NCBI RefSeq assembly: GCF_006345805.1
Contig: NW_021833847.1
Location: 36,543-100,542, forward strand
Source: Octopus sinensis
Lineage: Eukaryota
Length of the DNA stretch: 64,000 nt
Direction: 5' to 3'
Shown one piece after another: positions 13,114 through 25,293 of this stretch. Both the position numbers and the translations under genes were made by a program. Every line of letters starts with the position of its first letter. The stretch's first letter is position 1. The notes below the pieces were generated by a model. The model had not been told where the DNA came from and ran no database searches. It was given only the letters and a program-made list of their open reading frames with translations.

Positions 13114-13129
13114 CCACTAGGTGGCACTA
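13114..13129 (+). promoter_or_regulatory. CTCF-like motif
   Basis: CCACTAGGTGGCACTA closely matches the CTCF core consensus CCACYAGRKGGCRCTA. This is a motif match only. Confidence 0.35.
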
Positions 13130-13346
13130 GATTCACACTTCAGTATTTCTGCTGCCTAAATCCTTTAAACGCAAGATAAATGTGGAATAAAAGTGTATTT
13201 ATACATTTCTAAGATTACTAAATTGAAATTGCTCTTTGCATTCGATAACATACAAAATTGAAAACAATATTAAGTCGTAACTTTATTGGTTTAATTCCAA
13301 TTTTGAATAGCTGCTTAAGAAAAGGGTGCTGAATGTTAGCAATTTT

Positions 13347-13835
13347 TTAAAAATAGCAATGAATTAATGTTTTGTTAGATAAAATAAATCGAAACTGAAT
13401 TTGCTCCTTCTTTTTACAAACATCATAAGGATTTTGAAGGCACTTGATTGCCCGTTCTGCATTCTGATTTGTTCTGGGAATTTCCCGTTTTGATGTTTCC
13501 CGTCTCCAAAAGATTTTTACTGAGTTCAATGCTTTTTTATGAACTTGCAGGTTACCACATAACTTCTGATAATTACGTGCATATAATATTTCGTCAGTAT
13601 ACCAAAAATCTGCCCAGCTGTAAGAAATGAATCGACAAACATCGAGAAGCAAAACTCTTTTCTCTGGTAGAAGAATAGATGCCAAAAGAGCTCGTATCGC
13701 TCGAGAATTCCATGTTGCTTTAGTTAAGTTGGGTATTTTTTGAAACTTTACAGTAGGAAATTTGCCGGTTGCTTCAAAGAAATGAAAAACTCTGTTTTAA
13801 TGAAACAGAAAGTTCATGTCATCTCGCCATCCAGC
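13347..13835 (-). mobile_element. hAT-like transposase relic (divergent group)
   Basis: The minus frame reads GWRDDMNFLFH*NRVFHFFEATGKFPTVKFQKIPNLTKATWNSRAIRALLASILLPEKR...CRFISYSWADFW...IPRTNQNAERAIK. The (R)WNS-like motif and the C-terminal NxxAER motif are hAT-like. Confidence 0.55.
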
Positions 13836-14299
13836 TGATTCAGCAATCTTACCATTGTTAACCACATGGTATATAGAAAAGGTGTAAAACTTTCGGGGGA
13901 AAGTAATGATTTACCTGGCACACAGGTAAGTACAGTAAGAATTTTTCAGTAAAGGCACAAACATGTTCTTTGGTAACAATAAATGTATCAATTTGCTGCT
14001 GGAGCGTGGGAAGATAAAACAGAGTCAAAGAATTAAACGGTGAAATAATCATGAAATGAAAAGATTAGAAGAAAGACAAGGATACACGTATAAAGTTTAA
14101 GTAGTTCAGGAGTTATAGAGTTTTTAATTTGTTACCACTTGGCCCCTACTTTAGGAAATATTCTCTTCCTGTCTTTTTCGTTTCTGTGGCGCTAAAAATA
14201 GAGAACTAAAGGAAACAATTTCAAAGGACAACTTCATTAGGATCAAGTCGATACTCTGAAATCTAAGTTAAATTCTAGAATCATTGTAAAGACAATAAA

Positions 14300-14740
14300 A
14301 TCAACGGCTGTATCAATTGTGACGTATGTGGTAGGTCATGTGAAATGGAACAAAGTCGAACTGTAAGATATTAACAGAAAATCTCGGAAAATCATGACAA
14401 TTAGCAATGCTTTGTATGAATGGGCAGATGTGGAGAGACTCTACACGAAACGTAAAAATGGAACAATGGGGATTGGTCAATGTGCAGGATTGTGTGAAAT
14501 TGGAAATGAAAATCAGTATGATAATATGATAAGGAAAGCACTGAAGATTTCCTGGCACCAGTAAACGATGCAGACATACTAGGAGGAGGACAAGCAAAAT
14601 ATGAAGTGCGTGAAAAGAGCAAAAATATATGGAAAATAGTTGCATCATCAGTTTATGAAGAATACTGTAGCAGAAAGGGAGGAAGATATTTCGAATAAGT
14701 TGAAAAATGGGAATTCTCAAGAAGAAACAAACACAAAAAC
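14300..14740 (+). mobile_element. R4/Dong-clade non-LTR retrotransposon internal relic
   Basis: WNKVEL*DINRKSRKIMTISNALYEWADVERLYTKRKNG matches the R4-type LDRKTRKxMT...DVDRLYxxRxxGGRGL motif. HHQFMKNT...LKNGNSQEET follows. Confidence 0.65.
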
Positions 14741-15144
14741 ACGCAAGCGGATTAACTATGGCATATCAAAAGATGTGGTAGTATTGACAGAAAGTTTGGG
14801 AAGCCTGGCATCTTCGTATTTTGACAAGTTTAGAGAGAGATAGAGAGGTGCTCCATTTTAGTTTCTTGAAGAATATTTCTATCAGATTCTCAAAACTGCT
14901 GAGGTTGAAAGGTCATACTCTATTTAGTTTGTTTTAAGAGGAAGTAAACTAGAACAACACGTTTTTGATATTTCGGTTATGACATTTTAAACCGGGCCTT
15001 TTCATCGAATTACACGAGGTGCTTTACACATAGTGAGGAACCTTCGCATATTTGAAATATTTATTGTTATATCATTTGTATTTCTTATTTGTGTTGTATT
15101 TCGCCCCTGTATGAAACTCACTACCTTAAAAGTGTGTGGCCAAT

Positions 15145-15152
15145 TAAGGACA

Positions 15153-15234
<82 letters not shown>

Positions 15235-15260
15235 TATTATTATTATTATTACTATTATTA

Positions 15261-15336
<76 letters not shown>

Positions 15337-15378
15337 CATTATTATTATTATTATTACTATTATTATTATTATTATTAC

Positions 15379-15417
<39 letters not shown>

Positions 15418-15422
15418 TATTA

Positions 15423-15475
<53 letters not shown>

Positions 15476-15480
15476 GTTGG
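15145..15480. repeat. (ATT)n microsatellite, about 110 units
   Basis: Source of the poly-L and poly-I ORFs between 15033 and 15593. Confidence 0.95.
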
Positions 15481-16589
15481 TGTTGTTGTTGTCATTGTTG
15501 TTGTTGTTCTTCTTCTGTTTCTTCTTCTTCTTTTTAGTGATGGTGTTCTTAACGTTCTTTTATATTAATGTTGTTATTTGCATCTCAAGGTGAGTGAACC
15601 AAATTATTTTCGAGGACTTGCGATTTAGAAAAAAGTTTGATTTTATGTCAGATTTGACATTGTTGTGTTTGTGAAGTACGATTTGGTGTGTGTACGTGAG
15701 TGAGTGTGTGTGTGTGTGTGTGTGTTGTTTCTGAATGCCCTTGAGTATGTGTGTGCATCGGACTGATGAGTATCTTTTAGATGGTGTAAAATTGGTTTAT
15801 TGCGTGTGTTTTGGTATGTGAGGGGAATCAATCTAGAAAAATATAATTTTGCAAGTCTCACTTTATTTATCATGTTTGCAATTACGGCATTCATAGAGAT
15901 GACGGTAACTAGAAGCTCTTACAATATACTAGCAACTGCCACGGTTCCTAAATTATTACATAAAATATAAAACAGAAAATAAAATTAAGAAAATAACTAG
16001 TAATGAACCATCATATATATTAGGCTTCCAAAATGACAAGAAAAAATGCAGCAAAATTATTAAGATAAACAGTGGCGGGAGTAATTTCGATGGATTTCTG
16101 AGCCTCTGGAAGCTAATCCTTCTAAACCAGACTCATAAAAATAAGCACGTGGAAGTTATGTGTTACCAACTACAGTTATTGAGAAGAAGAAATATTGTGC
16201 CTCTAAGAAGTGCTAATTAGAAAATCATCTGAGATGTGTTTTAAAGAGGTATCCGTTTCAAAAGACTGGAGAAGGGTTTATGGGAATGGCTAATAAGTAG
16301 TTAGAACGAAATGAAACGGTTTCAACGGGTGAAGTTAGTATGGCACATTTAGTGACTGGTTCCGCAATATACGGAATGGTGAAGAAACAAGATTATTTGA
16401 AATGACGATTCTGCGTAAATAAGGATCTAAGGAAATCGTCATTATTGAAATGCAGTGGGAGCATATGGTCACCGAAGGGTTTCGATTTTAAGGCATATCC
16501 CTCTAATATTTATGTTCTCCTGGTCAGACAGCATTTTTAAGTGGCCTTAATCTGCATCCATTCGTATAGCTGCTTCATTCTGTTTGTGC

Positions 16590-16692
16590 TCACTTTCTCC
16601 ACCCTTGGACAATTTTGCTCTCTTATTTATCAAAAAGTCCAATTCTAAAGGGGCGAAACAAACCCGAGCAACCCGGGTGATACTGCTATTAT
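16590..16692 (+). mobile_element. Helitron-like 3' terminus
   Basis: GC hairpin ACCCGAGCAACCCGGGT followed by GATACTGCTA(T), a degenerate CTAG end. Confidence 0.5.
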
Positions 16693-16703
16693 GGATTATA
16701 AAG

Positions 16704-17015
16704 TCATTTACGTCGTCGTCGTAGACTCGTCGTTTCAGTAGGTTTTGTAGCCTTAATCGTCGTTTTGTGGTAAGAGCATTCGTTATGGTTATCATGGTGG
16801 CAGTGATCGTCATCATCGTGGACGCGATATTTGTCACTATCTTTGACGTTATTCAACACACTGCTGGCTGTTCTGACGCTTTCTACTCTGTGTGTTATAT
16901 GCTCGTGTAGAACGACTCGAAGTCAATAACGTTAAACGGTAAGCGGCCGGTGACAGATGGGACGTACGGAGCCGAGTTATATATCTTCGTAGGAGGCCGT
17001 ATTGCTATGCATTTG
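16704..17015 (-). other. Candidate terminal coding exon (needs one 1-bp correction)
   Basis: Acceptor ATATTGTTGTAG|. KCIAIRPPTKIYNSAPYVPSVTGRLPFNVID, then a -1 shift near 16920 into LRVVLHEHITHRVESVRTASSVLNNVKDSDKYRVHDDDDHCHHDNHNECSYHKTTIKATKPTETTSLRRRRK*. It is a GC-richer, non-repetitive island. No homolog recognised. Confidence 0.25.
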
Positions 17016-17681
17016 CTACAACAATATTTCACTTGTTATGGCGGTCATTAGTTTAGTGCAAGTAAATAGAAAAAAAATGTTTATGCAAATAATATTTGGC
17101 AGTTTATTATATTTTTCTTAGATATACTAGAAAGTTAGACACATGAAATAAAGAGTTATTTAAAATATTTATTGGTATTGGTGAGAAACATGTCAGTTAA
17201 TTGCGAGCACCCTTTCGAGAGATTTACCATGTCTAACGCTTTTCTTTATGTTTTTTATTTGTGTTTAGATAGTCTTGTGAAAAGAGTGAAAGTTGTCCCA
17301 AACTTTCATTTGCCTTAGATTATGTACATGCATGACTACAAAAATAAATACACACACTCATACATACATACATACATATATACATACATGCATGCATCAT
17401 GCATACATACATACATACATACACACACACATATTTGTGAGTCTGCGCTTGTGTTGTATATATATATATATATATACACGCTACGTAGGTGCGTGTCTGT
17501 ATTTTTGTAAGTTTATGTCCGATACGTATACAGATGCATGTGTGTATATATATATATCGCAATATGTCTATCTCTCCTCTCTGTCTCTCACTCTCATCTC
17601 CCTCTCTCTTTCTCTCTCTCTATCTCTCTATTATCTATATTTATATATATATATATATATATATATAATATGTATATATAG

Positions 17682-18150
17682 TAAGCACCCGTCGGTCTCG
17701 AAAGACCATGAATACCACCAAAAAAATGGTTCAGCTGCCGATGGTGGCACAGCGTCTGCTGTGGCTGCAAAGGTACACACGGGAGTTGTAGTGACGCATA
17801 CTGCATTTGAAGGAGATATCTGCCGGTGCTACTGTGTTTTTCTTCCTTTTTCTTTGGTGGCGTTTTCCTCTTTCTCTTCTCCTCTCTTCATCCCCTATAT
17901 ATGTCTCCAGTGTGGGCGACCATTTGCGACCATTTGCGACCCCTTCTCACCTCAGGACGTCCAGATTAATTGACTTAATATCTCTCTTGCAGCCGTCCTT
18001 GAACCGAAGAGGAACTCGTCCTCGTCCCTTGTGCCGGTGGCCAGTTCTTCATACAGGAGGTCTTTCTTTTGGAAACCTCCCGTCCGGCATGTGGTTTACA
18101 TGAGCAAACCAGCTCAGACGACTCTGCAGGAACAGAGTGAGTATTCTGAG
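17682..18150 (-). mobile_element. RTE-clade LINE 3' fragment
   Basis: Reads AHVNHMPDGRFPK / DLLYEELATG / VPLRFKDGCKRDIKSINLD...RKRKKNTVAPADISFKCSMRHYNSRVYLCSHSRRC, a typical RTE ORF C-terminus. Confidence 0.85.
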
Positions 18151-18492
18151 TAGGAATAAATGAAGGAATAAATTATATAACCTTTGATTCCTTTACCATC
18201 TTAGCTTATTCTTACATCTCTGTACTAGACTAACCTTTTTTTTCTGAAGCATATATACAGAAGATTCTTAATATCAGCAAGCAGGCATTTCTTCACCATG
18301 TTACGATATTGCACCGTTTTGATTAGCAAAACGATTCACTAACGTAACTTAGAGCTGGAGGTGTTGCTGAATAGAGTCGATTTAGACATGGCGGACAGTA
18401 CTAACAAAATATATTGTGCTGACCGAAAATATATGATATCTATATCTCTGCTGGCCTAAAATATATTACATCTATATCTATATATGTTTATT

Positions 18493-18637
18493 TCTTTATT
18501 GCCCACAAAGGATTAAACACAGAGAGGGACAAGCAATGACAGAGAATGGGATTATGTCGATTACATCGACCCTAGTGCGTAACTGGTGTTTATTTAATCG
18601 ATCCTGAGAGGATGGAAAGCAAAGTCGACTTCGGCGG
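18493..18637 (-). mobile_element. SINE family B, 5'-truncated
   Basis: Reverse complement of the family B central domain and tail. Confidence 0.8.
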
Positions 18638-19096
18638 TGCATGATGCCAATGAGGGAGTGAGAGGAGAAAGAAAAACAAAGAAGCAAAGTAAGGAAGTGG
18701 CTGTTTACTTCTCCTCCCCCATCTCATTCGCCACAACGTTATTTGGTAGAGAGAGAAATGTTAAAAGTGCGTGTGAGTGAGTTAGGAAGGAAGAGAGAAA
18801 GAGAGAGAGGGAGAGTGATAGAATCAGACATAGACTAAAAGAGTGGAACTATTACAGAGGGTGAGAGAGATTATGTGTAAGCGAGAGAAAGGGAGAATGA
18901 GAAAAAGACAGAGAGAAGAGAGAAAGAAACAAAGAGGGAAAACAAATTTCTGTGGCAGAAGTTGAAAGGGAGAGACGCTGATGTTGTATACTGTATGTAT
19001 GTACTATAGGTGAAGGTGAAAGAAAGCCAGCGCAAAGAGAGAGAGAGAGAGAAAACGGAAGGGAAAGAGACGCTGATGTATGATACTGTATGTGTG

Positions 19097-19143
<47 letters not shown>

Positions 19144-19149
19144 CGGTGT

Positions 19150-19630
19150 TCTGCAATCGCCATTTATTTCAAAAGATGTCTTGCCAACAATTTGCACATG
19201 CAAGTGCTACCAGTCGAGAACTCCGCATCCCGGAAGCCAGCCAGTGTATGGTATCATCAGGAGAGAATTCGCGCCGTTTTGGGGCCTACCTCTCGACGAC
19301 ATCAATGCGCACTGGCCTCCCTCACTGATATGAGGCTCCACTTACTAGATCAACAGGTTATTGAATAAAGCTCAATAGTCTTCTAGTCATTCCTCATCGT
19401 TTCTTTTGAACCAAATCCAGTGGATAGCCTTCTCCACTGTAGTTTGGATATCGTCATGGTGGTATTGACTTTACAATGAGTTAGGCCTAACGATAACAAC
19501 AGTCGCCTCACACTGTGTCCAACAAACCCTCTACATCCCACTTCGATTAGAAAATGCCCAACTTTCCAGCCTGCGTCTTCACATTCCTCGAGGATATTCA
19601 CGTAACTTTCACTCGTTTTTTCCTTTAATC
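19150..19630 (-). mobile_element. HERO/R2-group LINE 3' end (REL endonuclease C-terminus plus 3'UTR)
   Basis: LEECEDAGWKVGHFLIEVGCRGFVGHSVRRLLLSLGL matches the HERO-type GWxxxxxPIEVGCRGF motif. The 3' end abuts (CA)n. Confidence 0.75.
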
Positions 19631-19639
19631 CCCATTTTA

Positions 19640-20074
19640 ATTTTCAAAATAGTTTCCAAGAAATATGCTCTCATTCTCTACAAGAAAGGACGTGGTGGGG
19701 TACTTATAGATGATTAGCATTCTACAATGAAGCAAAGATGAAGACAGGTGGCCAGAGTAAGACCCCTGCAAACGACAGCAAAGACAAAAAACGACTGAAG
19801 CAGATTTGCTGCTGAAGATTCCAACAGCCATTAAGAAGTACAAAATCAGTTGATTCAGTCCTTGATGAAAATCAAGTTGTCCATTACCAAAAAGAGTTCC
19901 TTATTTCTCTTAAGCCGCCTGGAACTCCACCATATAATCGTTTTTCTGAAGGCTGGAGTCCCAATAATGCTTCTAAGAAGTTTACATCCTCCTAAATTAT
20001 GCAATGGCACACGGTTGATTGTGAAGACATTACTACCTACTGTGATAGAAGCTACCATCATTAATGGACGTGTC

Positions 20075-20075
<1 letters not shown>
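19640..20075 (+). mobile_element. Helitron Pif1-like helicase fragment
   Basis: Reads [31 protein letters not shown] / [41 protein letters not shown], the Helitron helicase PIMLLRNL-x-P-x-LCNGTRL motif. Confidence 0.88.
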
Positions 20076-20700
<625 letters not shown>

Positions 20701-20744
20701 TAAATCTTAAAAATTTTGGCGCAAGGTCATCATGTTCAGGAGAA

Positions 20745-20868
20745 GCTGAGCCAGCTGGTACATATTTTTATCGATCCCGAAAGGATTAGATGCATAGGAG
20801 ACATCGGATGAACTCAGAATGGAAAGACGGACGAAACGCTACTAAGCGGTTCTTACTCGACATGCCAT
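20745..20868 (-). mobile_element. SINE family B, degraded
   Basis: GGTACATATTTTTATCGATCCCGAAAGGAT...GAACTCAGAA is the reverse complement of the family B core. Confidence 0.55.
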
Positions 20869-21363
20869 CAATTTTGCTCGCTAAATTTTTAACATTATCG
20901 CGAAATGTAAAACCCAAGGAAAGAACTTTGCTGAAGGAATGAAAATACTCGCGAATGTAACGAACATTCTGTTTTATTGGTGCTTGGGAAACACCGAGAG
21001 TGCTTGACTAAAGATTTAGATCTAACTAATAACCAACTGCAGTTTACATCGATTACCTCGCAAAACCACCACCCCAAAAAAACACATATATTCGAGATAT
21101 TAATCTCTCAGAAAAACTCAAATAAGAATTTTTTAGAACGAAGGTAGATTCCATATCAGATAAATAACAAACAGTCGCATCACACGACAGATAATAAATA
21201 AATAAAGAAAGAAACAATGAAATAAATTGCAAACCTGCTTATGTCTGTTTCATCATGCCGAGACATGAGAATAATTTATGTATGGCATAACTTATGCTGA
21301 TGTTCCGGCATGACAAAAGAAAAACAAACAAACATAAAGACACACACATACATAAATAGTTTA

Positions 21364-21445
21364 TCTATTATATAAAATCCGTTCTGTCTGTCTGTGTGTG
21401 TGCCTTCTAGGATCTCGAGCATCCCCCATCCGATTGCGCTCAATC
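21364..21445 (+). mobile_element. Non-autonomous Helitron-like 5' terminus
   Basis: TCTATTATATAAAATCCGTTCTGTCTGTCTGTG has the TC start, TATAAAA and (CTGT)n typical of Helitron/HINE 5' ends. Confidence 0.5.
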
Positions 21446-21649
21446 GAGTTATCGAAGTCGTCACGCTGGTTTAAAGAGGACGAAAGTTGTTACTGAAAGT
21501 TGCTCTTCGAGTCCAGTGGTGGTTCGTTGTTTGTGATATCCAGTTTTTGTACAAGCAAGGAGTTCTCACTGGATTATGAGCTTTGGTCTGCCTGCAGTAG
21601 AGCATTTTGTTTTTCTCGCTTAATTCTGACAATTGGTTTTTGGGACGTA

Positions 21650-23200
21650 TCCCGCCTCCAAACATAATTTCATTTGAGAATTGTGTAATCCTCAATTAAT
21701 TGTGAGAATTGTTCCTGTGTAATTTCGTGAGATTTAAAATAAAATAATTTCGAGGAATTATTGTGAGAAACTGTGTTCCAGTTGAAAGCCGGGAGAACCG
21801 TGTGGCCAAAAATGTTTTCGCTGTGTTTTGAACTCTCGCTTTCTCTCTTTTTATTTTTTAAACGTTGCATTGAACTGTTAATTTTTTGTTTTCTTTTGTT
21901 AAGACTTTCTTTTTGTTTTTCTCTTTTATTATTTGATTTTTTGTGAACTGTGCTTTGAACTGTTTATTATTTTCACATGGCAAAGAACAAAGATAAACTA
22001 TGGAATGGGAAATAACACCACCCCAAAAATGGTTGGAGGAATTTGAAAAGAAGATGGTGGTGTTGAGTACTTACTCAAAGTCGCTCGACACCATTTTGTT
22101 TCTTCCTACATATTGTGGGAAGAAGTTGACGAGGGCTTGGGTCTGCGGTTTGCTACCCGGAATTGAGCCCGAGTGGATATAAGATGCTATCCGCCGGGGT
22201 CTAGTTGGCAGCAGTACCAAGCTCCTAAATGAGAAAATTCTGCCTGCGGCTGATTGGGAGGGGTCAAAAGCTGTTTTGATCCCATGGACTCAAGAGCCGA
22301 AAATATGGGATCTCCAGTTTTTAAGAATGGCCGCGTCTAGGTATCCGGTGACGCTTGAAGTGTCACCTGTGCCTGAAACCGGGCCTTATCAAAAGAATTG
22401 CCTCCATGACCAAAATAAGATCCTAGAGCAATTGATAATTATACCTCTCCCTGCTCCGTCATTGGAAGGAGATAAGGAGGAAGTCGAGGAGGTGGAAACC
22501 TCCCGGAAGAAAGGAAAAAAATGAAAGGTAGGCAACAATGGTTGCCTACTGAAGGATCATAAGGATCCAAAGGCTGCGGGGAGAAGGGAAGATCTGCTGG
22601 ACAAATCGGTGGAACACCATCCTGCCGTGGCTCAGGTAAAAAAGGGAAAAATGAAACACGGGACATTGCGGGTGGTTTGTGATACACTGCCGGCGTGTCC
22701 CGAAGTATCTTCGTTGACAGTTGTGCCACCGAAGGCGGAAACTATAGATCCCTCCCATGCTGTGGAGGAGGAGTTTGTGGTCCTCTTGCATAAGGAGAAG
22801 GGCAATAGGAAACATCATTAAGAAGTTTAAAAAGAAGGGTCGAAGGGAGTGTATTCTGTCCTTCACGGAGGACCCTGACTTGTCAACGCAGGTGGCTGCG
22901 GAGGTCATACAGGAAACGGATCTGTGCGGGATAATGAACTCCTTCCAGAGGACACTTTCAATTTTATATTCAAGCTGCCCGACTTGATACCGTCCAGGTG
23001 TTTGACCAAGGCGAGAAGTCGGACAAGAAGATTTTTAACTAATTAAAGTAAGAGGCTTGGTGTCTCATTTGTATTGTTTCATTGATTTTATGATTGACTT
23101 GTGTAAGAGGTTTATTGGCTCATCGATGTTTTACTTTGAACTATGTAAGATGTTTGTTGCCTCAAATGTGGTATTTATAAAGATCAATGTGCTCGGGTAA
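21650..23200 (+). mobile_element. L1/Tx1-like ORF1 (gag-like) bearing element, decayed, no ORF2 seen
   Basis: A T-rich 5'UTR precedes KWLEEFEKKMVVLSTYSKSLDTILFLPTYCGKKLTRAWVCGLLPGIEPEWI. A degenerate Zn knuckle, CHLCLKPGLIKKNC, lies at about 22361-22403, followed by a K/E-rich tail. The family assignment comes from remembered similarity only. Confidence 0.5.
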
Positions 23201-23269
23201 ACAGCAATCGACGGGCGTTGCGGTTACCTTCATTATTAACCTATCGTTTATCATTTCATCTCATTATGT

Positions 23270-23487
23270 CCTTGTCCAGCTCACAGCTTCCTTTCTTTGT
23301 AAGGCCGTTATAGCCTTACTCCCAATACAAGAGGGCGCACTCTCTCCTACCCTGATGTAATCTCCAGGGATACAGACATCCAGCAACAGGACCTCCGTAA
23401 TGCTATGATGGACCGTGGAGTCTGGTGTAGCATGGTAAATTCCATTGTCTCGACCACGGTCGACAATGAATGAATGAATGAATGAAT
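23270..23487 (+). mobile_element. RTE-clade LINE 3' end with (GAAT)n tail
   Basis: Reads NTRGRTLSYPDVISRDTDIQQQDLRNAMMDRGVWCSMV...*, followed by (TGAA)n. Confidence 0.8.
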
Positions 23488-23499
23488 GGCCAATTTGAT

Positions 23500-23790
23500 G
23501 AATAAAAGAAGCTTGCTTCCCAACCATATGGTTCTAGGATACTTGCCACTGCGTAACACCTTGGGGGAGTGTCTTCAACTATAACCCAGGGCCGACTAAA
23601 GCCTTGTGAGTGGATTTGGTAGACGGAAACTGAAAGAAGCCCCTCTCATGTATGTATAGATATTTGAATATTGTCTGTTTCGTTCCCCCACCACCGCTTG
23701 ACAACCGGTGTTGGTGTGTTTACTTCCCCGTAACCTAGTAGTTCGGGAAAAGAAATTGATAGAATAAGTACCAGGTTTGAAAAATTATAT
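23500..23790 (+). mobile_element. SINE family A, diverged
   Basis: CCTTGGGGGAGTGTCTT...GTAGACGGAAACTGAAAGAAGCCC...GATAGAATAAGTACC. Confidence 0.8.
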
Positions 23791-23945
23791 ACAGGTCAGC
23801 TCTTGTCGAACTGCTAAGTTACGGCCACGTACATGCATACACACTTACAGGTGTATATACCAGGGTTGTATGAAAGTTTTTGAGACTTGAACTCTTGTAC
23901 CTTCATCATAAGTCCTCTACCATGTTTTGTTAAATATATATATAT

Positions 23946-24114
23946 AGGTGTAGGAGTGGCTGTGTGGTAAGAAGTTTGCTTGCCAACCACATGGTTCCGG
24001 GTTCAGTCCCACTGCGTGGCATCTTGGGCAAGTGTATTCTACTATAGGCTCGGGCCGACCAATGCCTTGTGAGTGAATTTGGTAGACAGAAACAGAAAGA
24101 TGCCCGTCGTATAT

Positions 24115-24158
<44 letters not shown>

Positions 24159-24374
24159 GTGTGTGTGTGTGTGTATGTTTGTCTGTGTTTGTCTCCCCAA
24201 CATCGCTTGACAACCGATGCTGGTGTGTTTACGTGCCAGTAACTTAGCGGTTCGGCAAAAGAGCCCGACAGAGTAAGTACTAGACTTACAAAGAATAAGT
24301 TCTGGGTCGATTTACTCGACTAAAAAGGCGGTGCTCCAGCATGGCAACAGTCAAATGACTGAAACAAGTAAAAG
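23946..24374 (+). mobile_element. SINE family A, full length
   Basis: Head GGTGTAGGAGTGGCTGTGTGGTAAG, internal (TA)n(GT)n and tail GAAACAAGTAAAAG. Confidence 0.92.
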
Positions 24375-24376
24375 CC

Positions 24377-24440
<64 letters not shown>

Positions 24441-24443
<3 letters not shown>

Positions 24444-24711
24444 GTATGGGTATGGGTGTATAATGATGATTTTAAAAGTTTTCCCTCTAATAAATCAACT
24501 CAAAGTGCTCTATTCGGCTTGGCTGTGCAAAATATAACTCTCGGGAGTCAGGACTGAACCTGGAACAATGTAGTTGGATAGCAATGTTTTTTACCGCACA
24601 GGCACAATTATCCTATGTACATATTGGAACATACATATATATTTGTATATATCCACATATACACCACATCAACACGTATGTGATTTTGTATATTTATACA
24701 TACATACATAT

Positions 24712-24758
<47 letters not shown>

Positions 24759-25069
24759 TATACTATATATCTATTTATGTATGGGTATGTGTGTGTATAA
24801 TGGATTTTTAAAAGTTTCCCTCTAATAAATCAACTCAAAGTGCTCTATTCGGACTTGGCTGTGCAAAATATAACTCTCGGGAGTCAGGACTGAACCTGGA
24901 ACAATGTAGTTGGATAGCAATGTTTTTTACCGCACAGGCACAATTATCCTATTACATATTGGAACATACATATTATTTGTATATATCCACATATAAACCA
25001 CATCAACACGTATGTGATTTGTTTTATATTTATACATACTACATATATATAGATATATATATATATATA

Positions 25070-25137
<68 letters not shown>
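24441..25137. repeat. Tandem duplication, ~335-bp unit x2
   Basis: The two units start at 24441 and 24776 and differ mostly by 1-bp indels. Each carries a SINE A head fragment and (TA)n. Confidence 0.9.
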
Positions 25138-25140
<3 letters not shown>

Positions 25141-25197
25141 GTTTTTTTTTTCGTAGAGTATATTCCTACAAATACATAAAATTTTTACCTCCCTCAG

Positions 25198-25293
25198 AGT
25201 TCAAGTAATATTGATGCCTTGTCGGGTAACTGGCTTACTGACACCGGATGTCCAACGGCGCATTGTCATACGCAGAAGCCGGTCACATGAGCT
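25198..25293 (+). other. Candidate 96-nt exon
   Basis: Acceptor TTTTACCTCCCTCAG| and donor |GTAAGA. The only open frame is phase 2-2: VQVILMPCRVTGLLTPDVQRRIVIRRSRSHEL. It is a GC-rich island. Confidence 0.2.
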
